The notes beneath the pieces are model-generated. The model was not told the origin of the DNA. It ran no database searches and saw nothing but the letters and a program-made list of their open reading frames with translations. A stretch of DNA of 64,000 bases from Patescibacteria group bacterium (GTDB lineage: Bacteria; Patescibacteriota; UBA1384; UBA12157; JAENIV01), in assembly GCA_049515915.1 (NCBI GenBank), contig JBEKTP010000007.1, positions 2,401-66,400 of the forward strand, read 5' to 3'. Each line of letters starts with the position of its first letter. The stretch's first letter is position 1. Shown piece after piece: positions 10,005-19,475 of the stretch. The position numbers and the translations under genes were made by a program.

Positions 10005-11465
10005 TTAATTTGTCTTCTCTTTGAGTATGAGCGTTTGAGTGGCCGTAAGCAACCCAACCAAAATCCAAATGTAAATAATGTACAAAGTTGAAAAGAAATT
10101 ATACTGGACTAAAACGCCCACAAAAGCGGCAAAAAGTCCGATCAAAACCGCGCGCAAAAAAGGATCGCGGGCGTATTTTAAAGCCAAAAAGGTGCGATAG
10201 ATAAGGAAAACAATTAGTAAAGTAAAGGTGATGAGACCGAGCAGACCCGTCTCCGCTAAAACTTCAAGATATTCATTGTTAACCGTCTGCCACCCGCCAA
10301 CCGGCGGGGCGGGTGGGTAGTGGACAAGCCATGGTCCGTAGTTACCGATTCCCACGCCAAAATTCGGACTTTCGTGGTAAGCGTCAAGAGCAGCTTTATA
10401 AGTCACTAATCGACCCTGAACCGATTCTCCGGTGTAAAAATCCTGAATTAAAACATGGCTAATAAAATTATTGGTCGCTTGAGTGCTACCTTTTGAGAGC
10501 GCAAAGGCCACGCCGTAGCCGACGATGCCAATAACAACAATAAAAGTCAAAACATTTTTCCAAGTCACCACTTTTCGATAAAGAAGAATGACCAAAACAA
10601 TAAAAGCGACAGCCAAACCTACATAGGCACCGCGCGAGACGGTTAAAACAAAATCGAGCAAAAAGAGAATTAAAACGCCCACCCAAAGCCAATGGACCCG
10701 GCCTTGGTCGGTCATCTTTTCTCGGACAAAAATATTAATCTTATTGAAAAAGAGCGCCAAGCCGACAAAAATGGGGATCAAAAGAAAGTTGGCAAAATAC
10801 AACGGCTCTTCCGAAAAAGCTTGAATGCGAGGAAATCCAAACGTCGACGCGCCATAGCCGGCCTTAAGCAAAGTGATTGAATCAGGCAAGCCAATAAGGT
10901 TGCCGCCGAACTGGAAAAGCCCGAAAAGCCCGGCGATCACACTCGTCAAAAACAAAATCAGCAAGGTTTTACGGAGATTTTCCTTAGAACGGACCATATT
11001 GACGGTCAGGACCGAAAGAGCGATCGTAAAGAAAATAAAAAAGAGAACCGAATAAGCGCGAGACAAATTGTAGGCCTGCGTTAAGGAAATTAACATAGCC
11101 GAGCAAAAAAGAATGATCGGCACACTGATAGCGTAAGGCTGAACTTTGTATTTTTTAGCGTTAAACATCAGGGCCAAAATCCAGGCAAGAAGAGTGATAA
11201 AACCCAAGATAGTATTAATCTTGATATTGATGCCGCCAATCTCAAGCGAGGGAACACGCTCAAACGGTAAAAAGAAAACAATTAAATACCAGCCAAAATC
11301 AGGATTGCGAAAGATAAAGACCGCTAAAACGGCGGTGATAACCAAAGCGGCGGCTATCAGTGCTCCGAACGTTCCGAGTTTAGCTAACAAAACAATTATC
11401 AAGAAAGTGGCACCTAAAATTGCGACACCAACAAAGAGCTTTTCTTTTAGCGAAAGCTTATTCAT
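10005..11465 (-). CDS. O-antigen ligase-like (Wzy_C) protein
   Basis: RIQAFSEEPLYFA, LTVSRGA, PNFGVGIGNY and VNNEYLEVLAETG. Confidence 0.88.
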   Translation of the reverse strand: MNKLSLKEKLFVGVAILGATFLIIVLLAKLGTFGALIAAALVITAVLAVFIFRNPDFGWYLIVFFLPFERVPSLEIGGINIKINTILGFITLLAWILALMFNAKKYKVQPYAISVPIILFCSAMLISLTQAYNLSRAYSVLFFIFFTIALSVLTVNMVRSKENLRKTLLILFLTSVIAGLFGLFQFGGNLIGLPDSITLLKAGYGASTFGFPRIQAFSEEPLYFANFLLIPIFVGLALFFNKINIFVREKMTDQGRVHWLWVGVLILFLLDFVLTVSRGAYVGLAVAFIVLVILLYRKVVTWKNVLTFIVVIGIVGYGVAFALSKGSTQATNNFISHVLIQDFYTGESVQGRLVTYKAALDAYHESPNFGVGIGNYGPWLVHYPPAPPVGGWQTVNNEYLEVLAETGLLGLITFTLLIVFLIYRTFLALKYARDPFLRAVLIGLFAAFVGVLVQYNFFSTLYIIYIWILVGLLTATQTLILKEKTN

Positions 11466-11516
11466 ATGGGTTAATTATACCCTTTTAAGGATATTTGGCA
11501 AGAGATTCTCCCCTTT

Positions 11517-12599
11517 TTATTCCGAGTACTTCTTGATGATGGCTTGATAAGCCGTATAGGCCTTCTTGGCAACTGTTGGCACACAGATTTTACCGTTTTT
11601 CTCGGATCCGTAGATTCCAAGATAAAGCGGATTGGTACTGAATGGATCGTCAAACAGAGAAAAAACATAAAAGCCCTTAATCCAATCTTTATGGGTATAA
11701 GCATATTCGGCCGTTTCAGAGATAAAGCTTGACTGAAGATCCTCGTTGACTTTGGTCATTTTACCGCCATTTGAAGGATCGGCGGCTGGCCAAGCATTAA
11801 CTTCGGTGAAAATCATCGGTTTGCCGTAGGATTTTAATTTGTCCGATTCTAATTGATTATTGGCGATTTTTTTGTCAGCAAAAGAGCCGCTCCATGAATA
11901 CCAATCCAAACCAATAATATCAAAAGGGACCTTGTCTCGTGTTAACATATCTAAATATGCTGTGTGGGTGCCGACGGTAGTGACCACTGTTTTAGCCGCC
12001 GGATCCCCTTCCGCGATTCCTTCAGCGGCACCCAAAAGAAAGTTTTTAATTTTGACGTATTTAGCGGGATCATAATCAGACTCACTTTGACCGTCGCTCG
12101 TCGGGGTTTTGGCAATCATAGCCGCGCCCTCATTGAGAAGTTGATAGTATTTGATTTCTCCCTTATAATAAGAGGAAATTTGCAGAGCATTGTTGTAACC
12201 GTTTTGATAGGTATCCATATTTTCCCAATCGCCGGTTGGCTCGATTACTAAAATTACATTAATGCCATTGTCCCAAAGGGCCTGAAGAACCTGATTTTCT
12301 CTAATATAAACCTTATTGCCGGCTTGATATTCCCAAGCAAAACGAACCCATTTGACGCCCAATTTTTTCATAATATCGATCTGCTCTTGCCAATTTTCAG
12401 CCGTAAAATCCCCTAAAGCGTTTGGCCCGGTATTGATTCCCCACTGAAAAGCGGTTGGGTCAGGTAGAGCAACCGTCGGAGTCGCACTGGGCGGAGAAGT
12501 TTTCGTTGCCCCCTTATTGACCAGAACTTGGTGAACGATAATTCCAATCACCGCTCCTAAAATAAGAACACCAACCAAGATAAAAATCACCTTTTTCAC
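11517..12599 (-). CDS. Membrane-anchored clan GH-A glycoside hydrolase
   Basis: N-terminal TM, P/T-rich linker, LGVKWVRF, QLLNE (acid/base), FDIIGLDWY and IFTE (nucleophile). Confidence 0.75.
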   Translation of the reverse strand: MKKVIFILVGVLILGAVIGIIVHQVLVNKGATKTSPPSATPTVALPDPTAFQWGINTGPNALGDFTAENWQEQIDIMKKLGVKWVRFAWEYQAGNKVYIRENQVLQALWDNGINVILVIEPTGDWENMDTYQNGYNNALQISSYYKGEIKYYQLLNEGAAMIAKTPTSDGQSESDYDPAKYVKIKNFLLGAAEGIAEGDPAAKTVVTTVGTHTAYLDMLTRDKVPFDIIGLDWYSWSGSFADKKIANNQLESDKLKSYGKPMIFTEVNAWPAADPSNGGKMTKVNEDLQSSFISETAEYAYTHKDWIKGFYVFSLFDDPFSTNPLYLGIYGSEKNGKICVPTVAKKAYTAYQAIIKKYSE

Positions 12600-12646
12600 A
12601 AAAAACCTCCCTTTTAAAAACTATCTCGGATTTTTTAATGTCTTTT

Positions 12647-13768
12647 CTATTTTACCAAACTTTGGAACAACTTTAAAACTTCACGGGCCGAATCTGGCCA
12701 ATTAAATTTTTTGGCCCAAATTTCTGCTTGCTGGCCCAGTTTTTGAGCTTCGTCTTGATACTCCAAGAGACGCTCTAAAGCGCTGGAAATTTCTTTTGGT
12801 TCGTTAGGATTAACCAACAAAGCCGCTTTTCCGGCTGCTTCGGGCAGGGAAGACAAATTGGAGGTCACGACCGGCAAGCCAAAATGCATCGCTTCCGTCA
12901 CGGGTAAACCAAAACCCTCGTAAAGCGAAGGATAACAAAAGACCGCCGCCTCCTTATACAATTTGGCCAAAACTTTGTCGGTGGTAAAGCCTAAAAATTT
13001 GATTTTGTCGGAAAGATTTAATTGCTCGACAAGTTCAAAAATAGGACCCACATTCCACCCTTTGGCACCGACGATTACCAAAGGATATTTTTCTTTCAAA
13101 GCGCGTGGCAGCAAAGCGTAGGCCTTAAAAAGACCGCTTAAATTTTTTCGCGGTTCAACCGTCCCGACCGAAAGAATATATGATTTAGCAACGAGCTTAC
13201 CCGGCAGTTCGGCAGCGGGAGCGGGAAATTCCGTCACCCCCGGATAAATAACAACAATTTTTTCTTCGTTGATTTTTAAAATCTCGACGATATCTTTTTT
13301 GGTATGCTTCGAAATGGCGATAATCTTCGTCGCCTTCCGGCACGCTTCATGTGTCCATTTATTAAAATAAGGGGCTAACTTTTCACCTAAATGCTCAGGA
13401 TATTTAAAAGTGGATAAATCATGAATGACCACCACTTGAGGAATTTTTAGATTGGCGATAACGTCCAAAAAAGTGGGCGCTAAATAGATATCGGCATCCT
13501 CTAAGAATTTAGAAGCGATCGGCGCCTTCGAATGCCAAACGGCCTCCTTAAGTTTACCCGGCAGTTTCAGGTATTTGATTTTAACGTTTGGGCGCTCATA
13601 AAGTTTCATAATCTCTTTTTTGGCTTTTTCGCCCCGAAAAAAGACGCCAAGTAAAAGATATTCGTTTTGCCGATCAAGCTGGAGCAACGATTTGATTAAA
13701 TCAGCAGTATAGCGGCCAACGCCGGCTTTCTCGTTGGCGATCCGCGAAGCGTCAATGGCAATTTTCAT
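12647..13768 (-). CDS. GT4 glycosyltransferase (MtfB/WbpY-like)
   Basis: Start reassigned to ATG 13768 (ATGA overlap). MKIAIDAS, GTVEPRKN and [11 protein letters not shown]. Confidence 0.93.
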   Translation of the reverse strand: MKIAIDASRIANEKAGVGRYTADLIKSLLQLDRQNEYLLLGVFFRGEKAKKEIMKLYERPNVKIKYLKLPGKLKEAVWHSKAPIASKFLEDADIYLAPTFLDVIANLKIPQVVVIHDLSTFKYPEHLGEKLAPYFNKWTHEACRKATKIIAISKHTKKDIVEILKINEEKIVVIYPGVTEFPAPAAELPGKLVAKSYILSVGTVEPRKNLSGLFKAYALLPRALKEKYPLVIVGAKGWNVGPIFELVEQLNLSDKIKFLGFTTDKVLAKLYKEAAVFCYPSLYEGFGLPVTEAMHFGLPVVTSNLSSLPEAAGKAALLVNPNEPKEISSALERLLEYQDEAQKLGQQAEIWAKKFNWPDSAREVLKLFQSLVK

Positions 13769-14922
13769 CTGGTTTCTCCTTGATAAACTTCTTTGTAGAT
13801 TTCGAGTGTTTCTCGAGCGCACTTTTCCCACGAAAACTTTTCGGCTTGATTTAACCCTTGTTTGATCAGCTTTTGGCGATATTCTGGCTCATCGACAATT
13901 CTCATTATCTCTTCAACCCAGGCATTGATATTTTGAGGATCGATTAAAACGCCGCCTTCGCCCATCACTTCCGGCAAAGACGAAGTGTTCGACGAAACCA
14001 CTGGCGTTCCGCAAGCCATCGCTTGCAAAAGCGGCAGGCCAAAACCTTCGAGTAAACTAGGAAAGATCAGCATCTCGGCCGCTTGAAAGTATAAAGGTAA
14101 TTCCTCGTCTTTTTCAAGATAACCGGTGAAAATGATTTTATCAGCCACGCCTGTCTTCTTAGCCAAATTGATTAAGCGCTCACTTTCGGAGCCGGTTTTG
14201 CCAACAATGACCAGCTTAATATTTTCATCAGATTTTTTTAAAAATTTTTCAAAAATTTCCAATAAAAAATCCAAATTTTTTCTCGGTTCGTGATCAATAA
14301 AACTGCCAATATAAAATAAATACTTTTTTGCTCTGTTTTTTAATAAATTTTGGCGAAACTTTTCAACTTTTTTGGGATCTTCGGCTAGCCGAAATATATC
14401 TCGATCAAATCCGTCATAAATAATCTTAATTTTACCCGGATCAACTTTTAAAAACTCGATCAAATCGTTTTTGACATAATAAGAGATCGCAATAATTTTA
14501 TCTGCTCTTTTGAGCGGCCAAGTTTTGATGGAATTTTTCCAATTTTTCTGGCCACCTTTGAGTTGAAACAAATCATTAACCGTCACAATTGTTTTGGCGC
14601 CTTTAATCATCGGGCAAGAAAGCTGGTCTAAAAAATGGACAAGATCAATTTTATTTTTTCGGATCGCCCGGGGCAAACTATACTGATCTTTAGACCAGTT
14701 ATAGCGAGTTGGATCGGCTGTCTGACGAACCAATACATCCTGATATTTAAAAGCCTGAGGCACAATTTGGGAAGCATCGCTCGGTGATTTTTGAGTGAAA
14801 AAAAGATACTCGTTTTCTTTATCGAGCCGGGCAATGTTTTTAAGTAAATTTCGAGCGTAAGTGCCAATCCCCCGGAAGCGATGACCGGTCTCCAGCGCCC
14901 GTGTATCTATACCAATTCTCAT
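13765..14922 (-). CDS. GT4 glycosyltransferase (MtfB/WbpY-like)
   Basis: MRIGIDTR, EPRKN and FPSLLEGFGLP. Confidence 0.93.
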   Translation of the reverse strand: MRIGIDTRALETGHRFRGIGTYARNLLKNIARLDKENEYLFFTQKSPSDASQIVPQAFKYQDVLVRQTADPTRYNWSKDQYSLPRAIRKNKIDLVHFLDQLSCPMIKGAKTIVTVNDLFQLKGGQKNWKNSIKTWPLKRADKIIAISYYVKNDLIEFLKVDPGKIKIIYDGFDRDIFRLAEDPKKVEKFRQNLLKNRAKKYLFYIGSFIDHEPRKNLDFLLEIFEKFLKKSDENIKLVIVGKTGSESERLINLAKKTGVADKIIFTGYLEKDEELPLYFQAAEMLIFPSLLEGFGLPLLQAMACGTPVVSSNTSSLPEVMGEGGVLIDPQNINAWVEEIMRIVDEPEYRQKLIKQGLNQAEKFSWEKCARETLEIYKEVYQGETR

Positions 14923-14982
14923 AATAGCGTTTGGGATAATAGCATTTAGAGCGATAGTAAAAGACTAAACGCTGCCACCCTA

Positions 14983-16059
14983 TTACCCTTCTCTTAAAAC
15001 TTTTCCATAAACTTCAATCGTTTTTCGGGCCGTTTCCTCCCACGAAAACTTTTTGGCCTGCCTCAGCCCCCAACCGCTCATCGTCTTGGCTAAACCTTTG
15101 TCTTTAAGGACTTTGACGATGCTTTTGGCCCAAAGCATCTCATCGTGTGGTGAAATTAAAATGCCGGCCTGGTCGATTACTTCCGGCATTGAGGAAGTGG
15201 TTGATGAAACCACCGGCGTCCCACAAGCCATCGCTTCCAGCGGCGGCAAACCAAAACCCTCATATAAACTCGGAAAGACAAAAGCCTTCGCGCCCGAATA
15301 AAGCGCGGGCATATCGTCGTCGGCGACATAACCGGTAAAGATGACCTTCTTTTCCAGATGAAGATCAGTAACCAGCCGAAAAAGATCATCATAATACCAG
15401 CCCTTTTTCCCAGTAATGACTAAATTAGAATCGATCCCTTCGCGCCGCGCCAGCGCAAAAGCTCTCACTAAAAAAGGCAAATTTTTGCGAGGTTCAATCG
15501 TCGAAACATGTAAAATATAATCTGGACTTGTTTTGTACCTGCGTTGGACTTTTTTGATTTTTTTGCTCTGCCTGATCGGCCTAAAATCCTTTGACGCGGC
15601 TAAATGAATGACGGTAATTTTTTCTTCAGGGATTTTTAAGAGTGAGATAATGTCTTTTTTGGTATGTTCAGAGCTGGCAATAATGATATCCGCTGCCCGG
15701 TATGAATACGGCATCCAGCGGGAATAAAAAAGCCGCGAAAAAAGCGGCAGGTTTTGCGGGAAGAAAACGGAAATCAGATCGTGGCAAGTGACGACAATTT
15801 TACCTTTGTAAAACACGGGCGCTGAAAAACAAGGTTGATGAATCAAATCTACCCGTTCTTTTCTGGCTTGCCGGGGAAAACCTACTTGATCCCACCACCA
15901 GCGCTCGGGCGTGGAAAGATCTTTTTTAGAACGGGGCGAAATTAAAAGATATTCGTTTTTCAGGCCAACTTTCGAAAGATTCTCGACCAGATTTTTCACG
16001 TAGAAACCAAAACCCGACTTTTGACCAAGAGTCGTTTGGGTGTCAATGGCTATTTTCAT
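14983..16059 (-). CDS. GT4 glycosyltransferase (MtfB/WbpY-like)
   Basis: MKIAID, STIEPRKN and [19 protein letters not shown]. Confidence 0.93.
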   Translation of the reverse strand: MKIAIDTQTTLGQKSGFGFYVKNLVENLSKVGLKNEYLLISPRSKKDLSTPERWWWDQVGFPRQARKERVDLIHQPCFSAPVFYKGKIVVTCHDLISVFFPQNLPLFSRLFYSRWMPYSYRAADIIIASSEHTKKDIISLLKIPEEKITVIHLAASKDFRPIRQSKKIKKVQRRYKTSPDYILHVSTIEPRKNLPFLVRAFALARREGIDSNLVITGKKGWYYDDLFRLVTDLHLEKKVIFTGYVADDDMPALYSGAKAFVFPSLYEGFGLPPLEAMACGTPVVSSTTSSMPEVIDQAGILISPHDEMLWAKSIVKVLKDKGLAKTMSGWGLRQAKKFSWEETARKTIEVYGKVLREG

Positions 16060-17519
16060 CGGTTTTCTCTTTCAAAAAGGATCAGCAATTCTTGTTTTTT
16101 CAGCGCCCCCACCACCCAAAGAGAAAGGGCGTAGATGATGGCCGCCAGCGGAATAAGAACTATTAAGTTAAAATTATTAGCAAAAAAGTACAAGAATGTT
16201 CCCATAATTAAACCGCCAAACAAAACCTGCCAAATAATTTTTAAATTAAGTTTAATGGCTAAATATTGATGAGCGATATACCACGAAAAAAACAAGACCA
16301 GGACCTCTGTTAGAACCGTATCGATGGCGGCGCCAATGTATGAAATTCGGGGAATTAAAATCAAATTCATACCGACATTGAAAACAACCAAAAATAAATA
16401 AGGCGCAATCAATTTAGCTTGTTTCCCGACCGCAATAATTAGATAGCCGAACATACTCGAAATAAAAGATAAACAAATGGCAATCACTAAAATTTGCAAG
16501 GCCGTCGGCGAAGTGGCTGCCAAACCGAAAACCGGCGGAATAGTGTGAGCCTTGACAAAGTTTTCGCCCGCGACAATCCGGATAATCCTCGTCGCCGTAA
16601 AAATTACCCCTAAAATAATTGGCAAACCTAAAATAACTAAAAAGTTAAAAGATTTTTGAATCGCCCCGGCTAATCTTTCGTCATTTTGATAAATATATTT
16701 GGTCACGATTGGGAAAACATTACCCATAAACATGGCGGGCAAGAGCAGCAAGATTTCTAAAACTTTGTAAGGCGGGCCATAAATACCCACGTCCCGTGAA
16801 GTTCTCATTAAAGAGAGCATAAAAGTATCGATTTTAAAGTAAATTAAACCCAAGACTAAGACAATGCCCATCGGCACCGCCTCGGCAAAAAGTTTTCGCC
16901 AATAATCGAAGTCAAAACGGAGTCGAAAACGGATAAAGACCCGGCCCAAATAGGCGCTCATGGCAAAGTTAATGAAGTTGCCGACGGTGTAAGCCCAAAG
17001 GATAGAGCTTAGTCCAAGGTGAAGTTTAATTAAATAGAGAGTGATGATTAAAATAATGGCTCGTGAACTCGCGTCGGTAATGGCCGCTTTATCCATCCGG
17101 AGTCTATTCTGAAAAATACCCACGTAAGTGGAATTCAAAGACAAAAATAAAGAAGCGAGCGCAACAACACCAATCCCCCACTTAAAAGCCGCGTATTGCG
17201 GAATAAAAATTCCAATCAAAAACGATAGAGTAAAAACCAAGATGCCGATAATCGTTCGTAAGGTCAAAATATTAGAAGCGGTGGTATCGACATCTGTTCC
17301 CGGTTTAGCAATTTCTCTTACTAAGATCCAAAAAAAGCCGAAGTCAGCCATCACGGCAAAAAACTGGACAAAGGCAAAAATCGTGGTGTATTGCCCGTAA
17401 CCCGAAACGCCCAAATACCGCGTTAAAGCAGCCACCAAGAAAAGAGAGATAATGGTGGTAATTACCTTCCCGATAATTTGAACTAAAGTATTGTAAGCAA
17501 CCGCCCGCGTATAAGACAT
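16056..17519 (-). CDS. Wzx/MOP flippase
   Basis: RYLGVSGYGQY, ADFG, YFKIDTFML and about 14 TM. Confidence 0.92.
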   Translation of the reverse strand: MSYTRAVAYNTLVQIIGKVITTIISLFLVAALTRYLGVSGYGQYTTIFAFVQFFAVMADFGFFWILVREIAKPGTDVDTTASNILTLRTIIGILVFTLSFLIGIFIPQYAAFKWGIGVVALASLFLSLNSTYVGIFQNRLRMDKAAITDASSRAIILIITLYLIKLHLGLSSILWAYTVGNFINFAMSAYLGRVFIRFRLRFDFDYWRKLFAEAVPMGIVLVLGLIYFKIDTFMLSLMRTSRDVGIYGPPYKVLEILLLLPAMFMGNVFPIVTKYIYQNDERLAGAIQKSFNFLVILGLPIILGVIFTATRIIRIVAGENFVKAHTIPPVFGLAATSPTALQILVIAICLSFISSMFGYLIIAVGKQAKLIAPYLFLVVFNVGMNLILIPRISYIGAAIDTVLTEVLVLFFSWYIAHQYLAIKLNLKIIWQVLFGGLIMGTFLYFFANNFNLIVLIPLAAIIYALSLWVVGALKKQELLILFERENR

Positions 17520-17593
17520 AACTAAAAATTACGGAGCTAAATCGCCTCAATCTTATCAAATATCTGTTAGCTTTGGTAGAGCTCTGATAGAAT

Positions 17594-18613
17594 ATGGCTA
17601 TGAATCAAAAAAGAATTGCTTGGATTGACACGGCTAAAGGAATTGGCATCAGCCTGGTCGTTTTTGGCCACGATACTCTTTCTATCCCTCTTTTGACTTT
17701 CATCTATTCTTTTCACATACCCTTATTCTTCTTTCTTTCCGGATATTTGTTTTCGACTAAAAAATATCCTAAATTTGGGCCCTTTTTGATGAGAAAAGTT
17801 CAAACTCTCGTGATTCCCTATTTTCTTTTTGTTCTGATTCTTTACCTCTATTGGGTCTTTGTCGCCCGCCATTTTGGCGCTCAAACCGAGAACAACGTTT
17901 CGCTCCTTCAGCCTCTTTGGGGTGCGCTCTACGGTTCGAACAAGCTGACCGATATTTTTGTGGCTTTGTGGTTTATTAACTGTCTCTTTCTTACCAGCCT
18001 CATCTTTTATTGGTTTAAACGCATTTTTAAGAACTATGCGATCATTATTGCCTTAATCTTATCAATTATCGGATTCTGGCTCAGTCGTCATTTAAGTTTC
18101 CGCCTGCCGTGGAGCTTAGATACGGCCATGCTGGCCATTCTATTTTATGGGGCAGGGCATGAAATAAAGCAGGCTGAGATTCTTAAAAAAATATCCCAAC
18201 ATCTTTCGAAATATCGCCTCATTATTTATAGCCTCATTTTTTTAGGTTTCAATCTTCTCCTAAGCCGATTGAACGGACGGGTGGATATGTTCACGAATTA
18301 TTATGGTAATTATTTTCTTTTTTATTTGGCTGCCTTCGCCGGAATCATCTTGATCGTTTTCGTCGCGATGTTATTGGATAAAAATCGCCTTCTTGAGTTT
18401 TTGGGTCAAAATTCTCTTTATATCTTCGCTTTCCATCCGGTGGCCCTGGGTATTTTAAAATTTATTTTTTCTCACCTTTATTCACCTTTAGCCGAAGGAA
18501 ATTTAATGTCGGCCGTTACTTTGACCCTGACCTGCCTTCTCGGATTAGGAATCTTAATCTATGCAATTAGAAAATGGATGCCCCTAAATTTGCAAAAAAT
18601 CGGATTTTCTTAA
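17594..18613 (+). CDS. Acyltransferase family 3 (putative O-acetyltransferase)
   Basis: RIAWIDTAKGIGISLVVFGH, YSFHIPLFFFLSG, LWF and LGQNSLYIFAFH. The second ATG at 17600 may be the true start. Confidence 0.92.
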   Translation: MAMNQKRIAWIDTAKGIGISLVVFGHDTLSIPLLTFIYSFHIPLFFFLSGYLFSTKKYPKFGPFLMRKVQTLVIPYFLFVLILYLYWVFVARHFGAQTENNVSLLQPLWGALYGSNKLTDIFVALWFINCLFLTSLIFYWFKRIFKNYAIIIALILSIIGFWLSRHLSFRLPWSLDTAMLAILFYGAGHEIKQAEILKKISQHLSKYRLIIYSLIFLGFNLLLSRLNGRVDMFTNYYGNYFLFYLAAFAGIILIVFVAMLLDKNRLLEFLGQNSLYIFAFHPVALGILKFIFSHLYSPLAEGNLMSAVTLTLTCLLGLGILIYAIRKWMPLNLQKIGFS

Positions 18614-18616
18614 AAA

Positions 18617-18689
18617 CGCGCCTAAGAGGATTCGAACCTCTGACCTTCAGCTCCGCAAGCTGACGCTCTATCCACTGAGCTACAGGCGC
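18617..18689 (-). tRNA. tRNA-Arg (anticodon GCG), CCA not encoded
   Basis: GCGCCTG-TAGCTCAGTGGATAGAGC-G-TCAGC-TTGCGGA-GCTGA-AGGTC-AGAGG-TTCGAAT-CCTCT-TAGGCGC-G. Confidence 0.95.
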
Positions 18690-18797
18690 ATGACAATAAA
18701 ATTTTATTCTATTTTCTCTTAAAAATCAACTAAGTGCACTACTTCATCACATCTTTATTTCTACCTGACAATTTGGTAAAATAAGGTCAGAAACCCT

Positions 18798-18887
18798 GGA
18801 GAGTTGGCAGAGTGGACGATTGCGCCTGTCCTGAAAACAGGTATCGTTGCAAGACGATCGCAGGTTCGAATCCTGCACTCTCCGCCA
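18798..18887 (+). tRNA. tRNA-Ser (anticodon TGA) with C33
   Basis: GGAGAGT/ACTCTCC acceptor stem, CCTGT-CCTGAAA-ACAGG anticodon arm, long variable arm, GCAGG-TTCGAAT-CCTGC, G73 and CCA. Confidence 0.93.
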
Positions 18888-18912
18888 GTTTTAGTGTATG
18901 ATGTTTGTACGG

Positions 18913-19005
18913 GGTGAGGTCGCATAGTTGGCCGATTGCGGAAGTTCGCTAAACTTCTAGAGGGCATTTGTCCTCTCGTGGGTTCGAATCCCACCCTCAC
19001 CGCCA
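18913..19005 (+). tRNA. tRNA-Ser (anticodon GCT) with C33
   Basis: GGTGAGG/CCTCACC acceptor stem, GAAGT-TCGCTAA-ACTTC anticodon arm, long variable arm, GTGGG-TTCGAAT-CCCAC, G73 and CCA. Confidence 0.93.
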
Positions 19006-19432
19006 AATGAGACAGGATAATTGTTGGATTCTATGAAAAAAACCTTTTACTTAAAAAAATTAAATATTGTTTTGGCGACTCGAGATTTTGCTAATTTTGC
19101 AGTTGAATCGGCTAAAGATCAAAAAAGTAATGAGATTTCTTTTCGAGAAATAGAATCCGTTTCTCGCTCTTTTCTTGATGAACTATATATATTATGTCAG
19201 AAAAATCGTATTAATATCATCGAAGTTCCTGAAAATTTAACTCCTCTATACGATGTTATTAAAAAATCTCATCAAGATCAGGTTTTGTATGCGCCTAAAA
19301 TAAGAGTCAATGTTTCTGATAAAACATTTGCTTAATCAAATCCTTTGATCTATTGATTAAATGCTTGTCTTAACTGGTCAAGCCAGGCTAAAAGGTGTTT
19401 GAATGGAAGTGCATCCAGCCCGCCAAATGAGA
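19000..19432. mobile_element. Small islet at the tRNA-Ser 3' end bounded by 13 bp att-like direct repeats
   Basis: CCGCCAAATGAGA occurs at 19000-19012 (overlapping the tRNA CCA end) and again at 19420-19432. The interior is AT-rich. Confidence 0.6.
19033..19335 (+). CDS. STAS-like (DUF4325-type) protein
   Basis: LATRDFA...ISFREIESVSRSFLDEL resembles the STAS phospho-Ser region. ATG at 19033, or TTG at 19021. Confidence 0.65.
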   Translation: MKKTFYLKKLNIVLATRDFANFAVESAKDQKSNEISFREIESVSRSFLDELYILCQKNRINIIEVPENLTPLYDVIKKSHQDQVLYAPKIRVNVSDKTFA

Positions 19433-19475
19433 TGCAATTACCTTGCAAATCAAGAACTGTGACAAAAAGATCGGC

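Noticed and set aside
17520-18617. Acyltransferase as an island integrated at the tRNA-Arg 3' end
   Set aside because: The gene ends 3 bp from the tRNA, but only a 5 bp match (cgcct) is found on the other side, which is no credible att repeat.
18761-19006. 81 aa minus-strand ORF
   Set aside because: It is the antisense shadow of the two tRNA-Ser genes.
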